A DNA stretch of 63,858 nucleotides, the filler included, from Lama guanicoe (Eukaryota), in assembly GCA_013239625.1 (NCBI GenBank). It is 93 parts of 93 records of this genome, joined end to end, with 100 filler letters (N's around TTAATTAATTAA, not from the genome) between each part and the next. Parts side by side here need not be neighbours in the genome. Positions count along the whole stretch, not along the records: positions 36,940 to 37,733 come from PNXV01027842.1; positions 37,834 to 38,044 come from PNXV01027843.1; positions 38,145 to 38,739 come from PNXV01027844.1; positions 38,840 to 39,088 come from PNXV01027845.1; positions 39,189 to 39,866 come from PNXV01027847.1; positions 39,967 to 40,751 come from PNXV01027848.1; positions 40,852 to 41,440 come from PNXV01027849.1; positions 41,541 to 41,795 come from PNXV01027850.1; 85 more parts are not named here. One strand, 5' to 3'. Of the stretch, positions 37,721-50,756 are shown one piece after another. The position numbers were made by a program, and so were the translations under genes. How positions within the stretch are numbered: the stretch's first letter is position 1; the number at the start of each line of letters is the position of its first letter. The notes beneath the pieces are model-generated. The model saw only the letters and a list, made by a program, of their open reading frames with translations. It ran no database searches and was not told the DNA's origin.

Positions 37721-40389
37721 TAGAGAGAGAGATNNNNNNNNNNNNNNNNNNNNNNNNNNNNNNNNNNNNNNNNNNNNTTAATTAATTAANNNNNNNNNNN
37801 NNNNNNNNNNNNNNNNNNNNNNNNNNNNNNNNNCCAGGGGGTGTCTGGGCTTCCCTGCCCTCCCTGGTTGAGCCCTGGAATGGGCACGGTGCTTTCTCTT
37901 TGAGGGAGAGAAGAGGTTCCCTGCTGGGCAGGGCTGCCAGGAGGAGCCCACACAGTGTGGGGGAAGCCTCACAGGGGCTGGCACAGAAACAGAACCCAGT
38001 CAATGGAGGTGCTTCTCAGACATCCTGACTTTTGCAGGGAGCTCNNNNNNNNNNNNNNNNNNNNNNNNNNNNNNNNNNNNNNNNNNNNTTAATTAATTAA
38101 NNNNNNNNNNNNNNNNNNNNNNNNNNNNNNNNNNNNNNNNNNNNTGAACTATATATGCAATTTGTTTCAACAAGGACACCACATATCATTTATGCCTATT
38201 CGAATTCAAATTAATAATAATGTTTTTTGATATATCATTTTTGTACTTATTGCTTCAATCAACATCCCCATACAGTACTTATTTCAAGAAAAATAGAAGA
38301 ATATCTTTCAAGACATAGTTGAAGTAAAACACTAAAAGGCTCTATGTTTGTCTTCACTAATAAAAGGCTAGGAGGGATTAAAAATAAATAAGGTCTAGGT
38401 TATATCAACATCAGGAAAACTAATCATTAATTTATTCTCCAAATACGTATTGAGACCTACTTTTATTGTTTAAGGAATTGTATGCCCAGATCATAAGATA
38501 AAAAAAAAGTGCAAAACCTACGTTTATGGCAATAAATTATTCAAGGCAATAAACGAGTATTCATGTATTTCTTAACACTGTATTATAAGCCAATACATAG
38601 TTTTTAATGTGTGTCATGTGCATAGGGATGTGTCCTTATACGTTGGACCATCTATATGTGAAGTGGGGTGTGTATACGTGGGTTTGTGAATGTAGGTGTG
38701 TGCCACTGTGTGTGTGGCAGTGTGCAGGTGAACATGGTGNNNNNNNNNNNNNNNNNNNNNNNNNNNNNNNNNNNNNNNNNNNNTTAATTAATTAANNNNN
38801 NNNNNNNNNNNNNNNNNNNNNNNNNNNNNNNNNNNNNNNCTGCCTGCCTGCCGGCCCGGTGTCTGACCCTGGCAGTCCTCCCTCCGTCCCACACAGCGCT
38901 TCCTTGGGCACACCATCCCCAACGAGGCCATTGCTTTGGCTACTCGGATGTTTACACGGAAATGCAGGGGGCAGCCCAGCTTATTGCTATAGCTGCTGCT
39001 GTCAGTGGAGGAAAAGAGCTCACAGTTGGTGGAGGAGGGCATTTGTGGTCTCCTCCTTGGCTGGAGAGCTGGATGGAATCCAGTTTCCNNNNNNNNNNNN
39101 NNNNNNNNNNNNNNNNNNNNNNNNNNNNNNNNTTAATTAATTAANNNNNNNNNNNNNNNNNNNNNNNNNNNNNNNNNNNNNNNNNNNNCCTCTTTCTGCT
39201 CTGGCCAGGATGCAATTTTCTCAGTACCTCTAAGACATCATGTTTCCTCCTAAATGAGGATTTACATTGACCAAAAAGATCTCTCCACTTTCTTCCTTTA
39301 AAAAACCCTTACTCACCCTTTAGTTCTCCAGGTAAGCATGATTTCTACTTTTGCCCCAATCACACACTTCAATAGCACTTTTTCATTCTTCACGACTCTT
39401 GAAATTCCTGTCTAACGGGAGATTTCCACAATGGATTATAACTGCCATGAGAGCACTGACTATGTCTTTTCTCTTCTCTGTCCTCTTGCCTGGAATATAG
39501 ATTTTTACCTACAAGACACGCAATTGCAATCTACCAGCAAACTGTCTTGAGAGTCAGTCTAGCTGGTGTAGATGCAATTCAGAGTCAAACACCCAGCGTT
39601 TACGAGACAGAGCAATCAGGACTGATTCTCTGCTCTGTCCCTACCTACGTTAAGGTATTGGGCTTATCAATAACTACTCCTAGTTACTTAACAGTTGCTT
39701 AGAAAGTCTGAGTATTATTTATGCTTCCCACAGTTCAGCCCAATCTCCCTGGTATGTTTCACATAAACTGCTCTCAGCGTAGGATTTTTTTACTTTATCC
39801 TTTGAAACAATATGGACTAGATAATCTTTATCCACACTTCACTTTGTACATGCAACTTAAAGTCATNNNNNNNNNNNNNNNNNNNNNNNNNNNNNNNNNN
39901 NNNNNNNNNNTTAATTAATTAANNNNNNNNNNNNNNNNNNNNNNNNNNNNNNNNNNNNNNNNNNNNAGAATGTATATTGATGTCAGGATCCTTTTCAAAA
40001 CCTGTGAATCACCTCAAGGAAAGTTTGCAAGCTCCCTGACCAGAAAGCTTTCCCACATGCTCTATACCCAGCAGTCGGTCATTCTTTCCCCATGCTGTTC
40101 TCTTTGCCTGGAATGCTTTTCCTTATCAGGGCCTCAGTACCACGCAATCTCTCCAGTAAGGTGTGATTTACACCTTTCATGCCACCTCTTTTTGGAACCT
40201 GCTCTGGCTGATCCAGACAGAATACATGCTCTTTCTTTCTGGGTTGCTCTGTTCCTTGCCCTTCCTATGCTTTGCTGTGTCAGCATGTTTATCTTCTGCT
40301 GTCTGAGTGTAAGTTTAGATGTATCACTAACATTAAGCGTAGTGCCTGTCACAAAGTCTGTGTTGAATATTGAAATTTAATTTTAATTT

Positions 40390-40751
40390 TATTTATTGAA
40401 TTTTTATTGAAGTGTGCTAATTGCAATATTAATTTCAGGTGTACAACATAGTGGTTCAATATTTTTATAGATTATACTCCATCTAAAGTTATTATAAAAT
40501 ACTGGCTATATTTCCTGTGCTGTACATTACATCCGCATATCTCACTTATTTTATACCTAGTAGTGTGTACCTCTTAATCTCCTTCCCCTATCTTGCCCTC
40601 CTCATACTGCTTTCCCCACCATAATACTAGTTTGTTTTCTGTATCTGTGAGCTTGTTTCTATTTTGTTATGTTCATTGATTTCTTTTAATTTTTCAGATC
40701 CTACATATAACTGAAAACATACAGTATTTGTCTTTCTCTGATTTAATTCAC
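40390..40751 (-). mobile_element. LINE-1 3' tail, antisense
   Basis: Contains tttcaggtgtacaacatagtg, ggctatatttcctgtgctgtaca and ctagtttgttttctgtatctgtgag. Confidence 0.85.
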
Positions 40752-41895
40752 NNNNNNNNNNNNNNNNNNNNNNNNNNNNNNNNNNNNNNNNNNNNTTAAT
40801 TAATTAANNNNNNNNNNNNNNNNNNNNNNNNNNNNNNNNNNNNNNNNNNNNCAGGCCAGGGAGGCAAGATTAGAAGAAAGGAGGTAGGGCATGAAGCGGT
40901 GCCAGGCTGGTCCTGAAAGGGAGACAACACAGACAGGCAGACACAGAGGGTTTAGGGATGAGGCAGAACAATGAGACGGCGGCTCAGGTGTGTCTTGCTG
41001 TTGCTGAAACTTCCCTCAACTGGCTCACTGCTGACTCGGCAGTGCTGGGTAAAACCTGTGGATTTCCTCAGCTCTGAGCTCTCTCTGAGGCTTCCGGCTC
41101 AGTCTGGAGTTGAGATGAGTTCCGTGGGCTTAGCCTAGGGGGGACTTAGATCTGAGAATAGCCTGAAATCCTGGAAAACTTCACGCAGGAACCCCTTGGG
41201 CTGGACCAGCGCTCACAGGGCTGCTGTGAGACCAGCTCCATCGTCAGAGACCTGGACGTGGACTATTCCATGGGGAAAAGGGCTGGGCCCAATGCCAAAT
41301 CAGATAGGAGCGACAAAGTGTGTTCATTCTCATGTGACTGGGCTTTGTGGCCTGGCTCAATGGGTGGCAGGCTCAGGATGGTGTCTGGCAAAGAAAATCC
41401 TGGCAATGGGTTTGAGATGTCTTGGACTCTTTCTTGTTAANNNNNNNNNNNNNNNNNNNNNNNNNNNNNNNNNNNNNNNNNNNNTTAATTAATTAANNNN
41501 NNNNNNNNNNNNNNNNNNNNNNNNNNNNNNNNNNNNNNNNTCCAACAGCAGGAGTTGTATCTTGATCTTTCCACAGTCCATTCACATCCATATTGTCTAG
41601 AGGGCCTTTGGGCCCTATCTTGGCTTGAGTTTCCCGAGACCAGACTCTGGGATGAGGACTCCTGTGCGAGCTAGTAAGCAAATGATCTCAGGGGAAACTG
41701 GTAAAGGAGAGACAGAAACAGGGGAGCGAGGGAAGCTCCCAGGTACATCCTATGGAAGGCAGCTTCAGTCTGATCCCAGAGAGGAACCTGAGGCANNNNN
41801 NNNNNNNNNNNNNNNNNNNNNNNNNNNNNNNNNNNNNNNTTAATTAATTAANNNNNNNNNNNNNNNNNNNNNNNNNNNNNNNNNNNNNNNNNNNN

Positions 41896-42430
41896 AAGTG
41901 CCGGTTTGAAGTGCCTAACCTTTTCACTGTAAAACCGAGTTGGGCTTGTACCACCCCATATATATAAATGGAGTGGTGTTGGCAACTGAAAAGAAACTTT
42001 GTGTTCCCTTCAAGCTAGCTGAAGGACGGCGTTCGCACACACTTATCTCTCCGAACTGAGCATGTGGAAAGACGATCGTTCCTCCAGCACAAAGGGAACG
42101 TGTTGCAGGGGAAACACTTACTCTGGTTTCTCAGTATGTCTCCTAGTGCCGGTTTGAAGTGCATGCCGTTTTCACTGTAAAACCGAGATGGAGCTTGTAC
42201 CTCCCCTTATATATGTATGGAGTGGAGTTGGCAACTGAAAAGAAACTTTGTGTTCCCTTCAAGCTAGGTGAAGGACGGCTTTCACACACACTTGTCTCTC
42301 AGAACTGAGCATGTGGAGAGACGTTAGTTCATCCAGCACAAAGGGAACGGTTTACCGGAGAAACACTTACTCTGGTTTCCTACTCTGTTTCCTAGTGCCG
42401 GTTTGAAGTGCATGCCGTTTTCACTGTAAA
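41896..42430 (+). repeat. 249-bp satellite, about 2.1 monomers
   Basis: gtgccggtttgaagtgc recurs about every 249 bp. Confidence 0.97.
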
Positions 42431-43624
42431 NNNNNNNNNNNNNNNNNNNNNNNNNNNNNNNNNNNNNNNNNNNNTTAATTAATTAANNNNNNNNNNNNNN
42501 NNNNNNNNNNNNNNNNNNNNNNNNNNNNNNACCACACGTTTTAACTTCTCATTATGGCAGAACCTCACCTTTGGCAGAGATTTCAGTAGTTGCCATTGTA
42601 GCCTAGATTTACATTCACCTGGCACTTCACATTTTAACTCAACGCTTTCCTTACACAGAAGTCATTGGAAGCTTGGTGCCTCCGTAGGGTGGCTCTTTCC
42701 CAAGTAGCGACTCAGGGAGCTAGACTGCTGGAATATGGGAGGGGCACCAACTAGAACATGTACTTCCAAGTGGCCAGTGAACTAAAGACGGGGAGAAATC
42801 ATAGGATGTGTATCGGCACACAAAGGCTTTGACTTGGACTGAACACATAAAATTTCTCCTAGGATCTCATTGGCAAGAACATGCCCAGCTTATAAAGATG
42901 GCTTAGAAGTTCATGTCACCTTTGGAATAACAGATGAGCTTTACTGTCTCCACCACATTGTTCCAAAAATTATGGCTGTCATTAGTGAGGTGTCAGCTGG
43001 GGATCTGACTGATTGCTGACTCCTTCCTCACTGTTCAGTGGATCATTACTGCAACTTTGGTTCTGTGCCTCATCCCCTGCTACTTTGCACCAAGTCTGTA
43101 CAAAAGTTTCTTTTAAACTTCCTATAGCAAAGCTAAGTCCATAAGAACTCAGAGTCTCTCAAGGGCATTATAGGTGGGAAAAAAAGTCAATTTCAAAAAG
43201 CCACACATTACTTGTATAACATTATTGAAATGACAAAACTGTAGAGATAGAGAACAAATTAATGGTTGCCAGTGGCTACAAAGTTGTAAGAGAACNNNNN
43301 NNNNNNNNNNNNNNNNNNNNNNNNNNNNNNNNNNNNNNNTTAATTAATTAANNNNNNNNNNNNNNNNNNNNNNNNNNNNNNNNNNNNNNNNNNNNTCTGG
43401 GAGTCATGAAGTTCACCCAGGTGTCTGACCCAGACCCCACCTGCCGACGTTTAACCCCGTCTTCCCTGTTCTGCCTTTGGTAGAAGATAAGTGTTGCTAT
43501 CACCCCTCCCCAAGACCCACCTTGGCGGCCTCTGCCCACTCACCTCTGTGCGGCCTCGGACAGAGCCCCGGGGCCGTCGTTTCCCCTTGGGGAGGAGGCC
43601 TCTGACTTGCGTAGAAGGAAGACA

Positions 43625-43740
43625 CCAGAAGGCCTGAATTCAAATCCTGGTTCTGCTTCTCACCAGCTGTGTGACCTTGAACAGAATCCTTTCTTCTCTG
43701 TGCCTGCATTTCCCATCTAGAAATTAGAGTTAGCACTGGC
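43625..43740 (+). mobile_element. MIR SINE fragment
   Basis: cctgaattcaaatcctggttctgc...agctgtgtgaccttgaaca...ctctgtgcctgcatttcccatct. Confidence 0.85.
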
Positions 43741-44468
43741 CTATCTGAGGAAGGGGTGTTGTGCAGGTTGTGGGTGCCCGTGGACCAGTCCCGGTGACTG
43801 GCGTGGTGAGGAACAGTGCCCCCTGCTCTCTGCCAGGGGCCCTCAGCCTGCTGGAGGCAGGGGCAGGGCAGTTACAGCAGTGAGACTTCTGCCCGTGAGG
43901 ATGAGAGCCAGGACAGAGGGTGAGGGAGGGCAGGATCCCTGGTGAGCTTGCTGGGGAAGGTGGGCATTAGGGGAAAGAGGGGGGAGGACAGGGCATCCCA
44001 GGCAGAGGGCGCAGCAGGAGCAGAGGCTGGGGGGGGGTGAGATGGGCTGCTCGGGAGAGGGGAGGCTTGCCGGCAGGGCCGGGGGCTGAGCGTGGGGGCT
44101 CGGTAGAGGTTGGCTGTAGGAGATGAGGCAGAGGGTCGGGAAGGACTTTGAAGGCCACAGCAAGGAGAGAGCTTCTGCCCACCACAGCCACAGGGCCCCC
44201 TGTAAGCTCTGGCCACGAGGCAGCAACTGAGTGGACTGCCTGGGTAGCCCTGTGTAGGGACAGGGTGGGACCCCCCGCGATGCAAAACTCAGCCTGACAG
44301 CAGAGTGTGGGCAGGGGTGTCCTCCAGATTGAGAAAGAGGGAACCTGGGCCTGGCCGGACAGAGCTTANNNNNNNNNNNNNNNNNNNNNNNNNNNNNNNN
44401 NNNNNNNNNNNNTTAATTAATTAANNNNNNNNNNNNNNNNNNNNNNNNNNNNNNNNNNNNNNNNNNNN

Positions 44469-44732
44469 GAAGCAGAACCAGGATTTGAATTCAGGCCTTC
44501 TGGTGTCTTCCTTCTACGCAAGTCAGAGGCCTCCTCCCCAAGGGGAAACGATGGCCCCGGGGCTCTGTCCGAGGCCGCACAGAGGTGAGTGGGCAGAGGC
44601 CGCCAAGGTGGGTCTTGGGGAGGGGTGATAGCAACACTTATCTTCTACCAAAGGCAGAACAGGGAAGACGGGGTTAAACGTCGGCAGGTGGGGTCTGGGT
44701 CAGACACCTGGGTGAACTTCATGACTCCCAGA
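44469..44732 (-). other. Redundant contig: reverse complement of 43396-43659 with one substitution
   Basis: The 264 bp match except at 43576 (G) versus 44552 (T on this strand, i.e. A). Both contigs end at the same base. Confidence 0.95.
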
Positions 44733-44832
44733 NNNNNNNNNNNNNNNNNNNNNNNNNNNNNNNNNNNNNNNNNNNNTTAATTAATTAANNNNNNNNNNNN
44801 NNNNNNNNNNNNNNNNNNNNNNNNNNNNNNNN

Positions 44833-45811
44833 AAATTCTTTGAGCAATTATATGGCAACCAATTAGATAACAATGAGTAAAATTTCTAGAAAGACATATA
44901 TTACCAAAACTTGAGGGAAAAAAGAGAATCTGAATAAATAACAAGTAAACAGGTTGAATTAGTAATCAAAAAACTTCACAAAAAGAATCACTTAGGACCA
45001 GATGACTTCACTGGTGAATTCAACAAAACATTTAAAGAGTTAACACTAACGCTTTCCAAACACTTACCAAAAAAAATAGAGATGAAGATTTCTCAACTCA
45101 TTTTAGAATGACACAATTACCCTGGAAGTAAAGTCAGACAAATTTCTTATAAGAAAATGCTGTAGGCCAGTGTCCTCTATCAATATTAACACAGATAGCC
45201 TCAACAAAATAAAAGCAAGTCAAATTCAGCAGCCTAAGTATTATATACCATTAAGAAGTAGGATTTCTCAGGAATGTAAGGCTGGTTTAAAATAAATCAA
45301 CCAATGTGACATATCTTCTTAGTAGAATGGGAAAAACACACACATGACCATCATACTAGATACAAAAAACACATTTGATAAAATACTCAATAAACTAGAT
45401 AAATATGGGACATTCTACAAAGGGTTAAAGGACAGCTACAGAAAATCCACAAGTAACACCATCCTTAATGGTGAAAGACTGAAAGCTTTTACCTGAAGAT
45501 CAGGGAAAAGACATGAAAGTCTTCTCTTGTCACTTTTATTCAACATTGTATTAGAGGCTCCAGATAGGGCATTAAGGCTGCAGCACCCAAGACCAGTACA
45601 CCAACATCAATTTTATTTCTATACACTAGCAACTTATAATCTAAACCATAAAATCGAGAAAATAATTCCATTTACATGGTATCCAAGCTAAAAAGAAAAC
45701 AGGAATACATTTAAACAAGGAGGTGAAAGATTTGTATGCTTAAAACTATGAATCATTGCCTGAAGAAATTAAAGACCTAAATAAATTGAAAGACACTTCA
45801 ATGCATAGGAT
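44833..45811 (+). mobile_element. Old LINE-1 ORF2 fragment, degraded
   Basis: Contains aggaccagatgacttcactggtgaatt, aatggtgaaagactgaaagctttt and ttattcaacattgta, with many indels. Confidence 0.92.
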
Positions 45812-46386
45812 NNNNNNNNNNNNNNNNNNNNNNNNNNNNNNNNNNNNNNNNNNNNTTAATTAATTAANNNNNNNNNNNNNNNNNNNNNNNNNNNNNNNNN
45901 NNNNNNNNNNNAATATTTTGAGACACAACCAAAATAAAAATCCTCCTGAACAAAATGAAATGCAAGAAATGACAAGAAAAAGTTCTGTGATATATGTTGA
46001 TGAAGACAAGAAGTTAATGTTCATAACATACAAAGAGCTGTCAAAAAAGAACAAGAAGCTCCCTCGCATAATTGTGTGCAAAGGATTAAAGGAATCATTC
46101 ATTTTAAAAATGTCAAATGGCNNNNNNNNNNNNNNNNNNNNNNNNNNNNNNNNNNNNNNNNNNNNTTAATTAATTAANNNNNNNNNNNNNNNNNNNNNNN
46201 NNNNNNNNNNNNNNNNNNNNNGGAGGGGTCGGAGGTGGCGGGAGTCTGAGGCCCTGGGACATCCTGTGAGTGGGTGCCGCCCTTCTCAGCACCGCAGTGG
46301 TTCTGGGCATCCCCGCGCCCTGGGGAAGAGCCTGGTGTGTCTGGGAAGCCAGGGCCCCTGACGGGGTTTGTGTCTTGTACCACCAG

Positions 46387-46475
46387 CTTCAGGGCGAGCA
46401 TTTCACCAGCGCCTTCGCTCTGGCCCTGATTCCGGCCGCCTTGTTCGGCCTTGCCCATCTGCTAATAACCCCGCA
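46387..46475 (+). CDS. Candidate 89-nt internal exon in a CpG-rich contig; gene not recognised
   Basis: Acceptor tgtcttgtaccaccag, donor GTAAGT at 46476, and open frame LQGEHFTSAFALALIPAALFGLAHLLITP. Confidence 0.45.
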
Positions 46476-46791
46476 GTAAGTGTTCTTCTGGGTCCGTCCG
46501 TCAGAGGTCGCCAGACGTCCTTCGCTTTTCAGGTTCAGGTTGGACTCCCGCAGTCAAAGTCCCGTGGTGCCCCCGCCTCGGGGGGCGGCCTGAGCTGCAC
46601 ACCAGTTCCCCATTTCCCGGAGGAGCTGGCCGCGTGAGCCTGCTGGCCGGGGCGGGGCTGCTCCTTCTCAGCTGTTAATTTTAAATGTACTNNNNNNNNN
46701 NNNNNNNNNNNNNNNNNNNNNNNNNNNNNNNNNNNTTAATTAATTAANNNNNNNNNNNNNNNNNNNNNNNNNNNNNNNNNNNNNNNNNNNN

Positions 46792-47344
46792 CAAAATATA
46801 GAATATAGAATAGAAAAAATAGAACCCAGTATTTATAACACGGAATGTAGAACACAGAATTTAGAATATAGAATACCGAATACTAAACATAGAATATGAA
46901 TATTCAATGTAGAACACAGAATTTAGAATATAGAATACAGAATACTGAATATAGAATTTAGAACATAGAATGCGGAACACATGATTTACAATATAGTATA
47001 CAGTATATTAATATAGAATTTAGAATATAGAATTTAGGACACAGAATAAAGAATATAGAGTATAGTATATAGAACCCAGAACTTAGAACATGGAATGCAG
47101 AACACAGAATTCAGAATATAGAATACAGAATACTGAATATAGAATATAGAATATAGAAAGATGAACACAGAATATAGAATATAGGATAAAAAATATAGAA
47201 CCCCGAATTTAGGGCATGGAAAGCAGAATTCATTATTTAGTATATAGAATACAGAGTACCGAATATGGATTATAGAACATGGATTGCAGAACCCTGAAAA
47301 TACAATATAGAATATGGAATACTGAATATAGAATATAGAATATA
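46792..47344 (+). repeat. AGAATAT heptamer satellite, more diverged
   Basis: Heptamer variants throughout, with no exact higher-order unit seen. Confidence 0.95.
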
Positions 47345-47639
47345 NNNNNNNNNNNNNNNNNNNNNNNNNNNNNNNNNNNNNNNNNNNNTTAATTAATTAA
47401 NNNNNNNNNNNNNNNNNNNNNNNNNNNNNNNNNNNNNNNNNNNNGTGGTGGGGAGTATACGCTGCCGGCAGAGTTACCCCAAGGAAACCTCATGAAGATC
47501 ACCTGCTGTGTCCAAAATGGTGGCCACAATCATGGTGGCTGCTGATCATGCAGTGTGGGTGGACCCAGTAGAGAGGCTGTAGATCTGGAATACCCAGCAG
47601 GTGCCAAAGATTTAGGACAGTGTAGTGTAGAATGTTTCA

Positions 47640-47810
47640 ATATTTGTACATTTAATTTATATTGAAATAATATTTTCGACAAATAGAGTTAAGGCAAATC
47701 TATCATGGAAACTAATTGCATTTATATCTCTTAATTTTTCTTAAAGAGTCTATTGCAAAAAATTTTAAATGACAGATGGGCTTCAAATTCTGTTTCTATT
47801 GAACAGGGCA
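47640..47810. mobile_element. MER3/MER33-like hAT transposon end
   Basis: attgaaataatatttt...aaaattttaaatgacagatgggct...tttctattgaacagggc resembles the MER3/MER33 terminus. Confidence 0.55.
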
Positions 47811-49240
47811 GCACCGCAAATCACGGTATCAGTCACTTGTGTTTCAAATAGGATAGAGGGCTTTCCTGCACATTANNNNNNNNNNNNNNNNNNNNNNNNN
47901 NNNNNNNNNNNNNNNNNNNTTAATTAATTAANNNNNNNNNNNNNNNNNNNNNNNNNNNNNNNNNNNNNNNNNNNNGTTAAAATGTATTAAAAATGAATTT
48001 TGTCTTGTGACCAATTAATATATACATAATATTTTATATGTTATATATATATATATATATAGTATATAATATATATAGTATTTTGACATTTAGAAATTTT
48101 AGTATTTTCTTATTTCAAACAACTCTTTCCTCCTAAACAGGGCCAGGCTTGCAGTGGAAAAGAAGTGTGAAATTCAGCCACTTTGATAGACACATGAAAT
48201 CCAGAATATTTTTCCCTGTAGCATTTTAAGACTTGACAGTGCCAAACTTGAATATGAGTTAGCTGTGTAGTCACACATAGCCTTCCTTTTATGGACATCA
48301 AGGGTGTAGTCTTGTCACCTCAGTGATGTCAAGGTCAATCTGAAGATGTGGATATCTTGGGAAGGCTAGCTGTGCAGAAAACCCTAATGCTGGAGAACTC
48401 ACTCTAAGCAAAATTTACAAAGACTCTCCAAGCAAATGTCACCAAGGGGAGCAGGGTTAAGGCAACAGCACACTTTTGCTTAAAAGATAAGCACTTGTGA
48501 CTTTGGAATTCATGACCCTTATGTTTTTACTTTTTCTAAACAGGTCACAGCACAGCCACCAAAAACAACATTCTCAAAAAATAATTCATTAGATTCCTAA
48601 TTGAATGGGAACCCTCTTTTTTGCTTTATATACAGAGTATTCCACAGGGTCAATAAGGTTAGCCTATGGGTGAATTGAAAGGTCAAGATTTTGCCCTTCT
48701 GTGTCCTTTCCAATCTTTCATTTGCCCATCTTGGCTCTCTTTGATACCCTTTGGAATGGCCTGCCATGAAGAACTCTTTAGNNNNNNNNNNNNNNNNNNN
48801 NNNNNNNNNNNNNNNNNNNNNNNNNTTAATTAATTAANNNNNNNNNNNNNNNNNNNNNNNNNNNNNNNNNNNNNNNNNNNNGATATTAGCTAAGGGAGAG
48901 CCACCATGTTGTTCTTTGTTTTAAAAACTCGAATTGCGTATCTTTTACCCATTTTTTTTTGTAAATGGAGTTATAGTGGAATTAATTCTCATAGATTTCG
49001 AGGATGTTTGAGTGAGGTGATTTTCCACTGAAAGAAAGTGATAAACGGTGTTGCATAGAACTCTTAGGACAGTGAAAGACCTCAATGAAATTTTACGTTG
49101 ATAGAGCGCCTCAGGGGGTCAACTTTCAAAGGTAAAATATAGGGTCAGAAATTGATCCTTAGGGAAGCCAATCTTTAAAGTTTCATAAAGGTCAAAGCAT
49201 TTCACCTCAAGGTTGTTTCTTAATGGCTATTCTGGATGGA

Positions 49241-49276
49241 TCATTGTATAGTCATTGTATAGTCATTGTATAGTCA
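49241..49276 (+). repeat. 11-bp tandem repeat (tcattgtatag) x3
   Basis: Directly visible in the sequence. Confidence 0.9.
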
Positions 49277-50296
49277 ATTTGATTGATTGTGCCATTTGAG
49301 ACACCTGAAAAAAGTCTGGCAAAAGCGGTCAATATGTTGGTTTCTTGTAGGTACAGCCTAGGGAAGCAAAATGTCCTTTTTCATGTAAAATTTTGTTTTG
49401 TAGTGGAAAATATTGGGGATCTGTAGTAATCATCTAAAAATATTGTAAATATTAATACAGTCAGCACATATATATGTGGACATATATACCTACACAGGCA
49501 GACAAAATTTGCTATTTGTCTTTCCAGTGCATATTTTTGCATATCTACCTTTTTGCCTTAATAATTTGATATTTATAATGNNNNNNNNNNNNNNNNNNNN
49601 NNNNNNNNNNNNNNNNNNNNNNNNTTAATTAATTAANNNNNNNNNNNNNNNNNNNNNNNNNNNNNNNNNNNNNNNNNNNNTGTGGCAATGAGTGTGGAGA
49701 GTGGAACCAGACTGTCTTTGCTCCAGTTTCAGCCCTGCTAACTGCATGGCCGTCAGTTGTGAGCTCTGAACTCATATCCAGGGCCTCAGACCACTCATTT
49801 GGTTTGATTTGGGAATTAGAAACCCTGAGTATTCAGGGTGCTGTTGCCCATCCCTCCCATTTTGGAGCAGTGTTCTGCGGGTCACACAATGTATGAGTAC
49901 TGGATTAGACACACACACACACACAAAGACAAACACAGACAAACGTGCACCACAGTACATTAAATAAGGATTATGAGATGGGATCAGAAGAGGAACAGAC
50001 ATGGAGGAGGAAGTCAGAGGAAGATAACTTGGGTCTCAGGCAACACCTACAGGTGACATCACTCTCCAATTTTTTAGGCCTTATTCCACTTGCACCTGAG
50101 GACATCCTTAGAAGTACTTTCTAGAATCATTCCCACTGTGCAGCTAGGGAGACACACTGGCCTGGACACACACCAGGATTTCCCCAGGATGGAGAANNNN
50201 NNNNNNNNNNNNNNNNNNNNNNNNNNNNNNNNNNNNNNNNTTAATTAATTAANNNNNNNNNNNNNNNNNNNNNNNNNNNNNNNNNNNNNNNNNNNN

Positions 50297-50756
50297 TCTC
50301 TCGAGATCCCCCACGCACTGACATTGGTTCCTGAATCCTGAGCGTGGGGAGGATCCACCAACGGTCTGCAACGCGTGGGTTCCAACGGAAAGCCTAAGCT
50401 CGTCTCCCCTGAGGGTTTTCCTAATGTCTCTGTGCCAGGGAATGCTAGGGCGGTTTGCAGGATATCCCAGTGACAGAGGCTGCCTCCCCAAGTTCAGGGA
50501 AGTTATTTCTCGGACTTCCCCGAACAGGGAACACCTGTGAATGAAGAGAGCTGCGTGGAGTTGTCTCTCGAGCTCCCCCACGCACTGACATTGGTTCCGG
50601 AATCCTGAGCGTGGGGAGGTTCCACCAACGGTCGGCAGCGCGTGGGTTCTAACGTAAAGCCTTAGCTCGTCTCCCCTGAGGATTTTCCTAATTTCTCTGT
50701 GCCACTTAACGCTAGGGGGGTTTGCAGGATATCCCAGTGACAGAGGCTGCCTCCCC
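50297..50756 (-). repeat. 267-bp satellite, about 1.7 monomers
   Basis: Reverse complement of the 5451 unit. Confidence 0.97.

Noticed and set aside
43348..44780. Identical 63-aa ORFs on opposite strands, suggesting an inverted repeat or transposon ends
   Set aside because: They lie on two separate contigs that are reverse complements of each other, an assembly redundancy.
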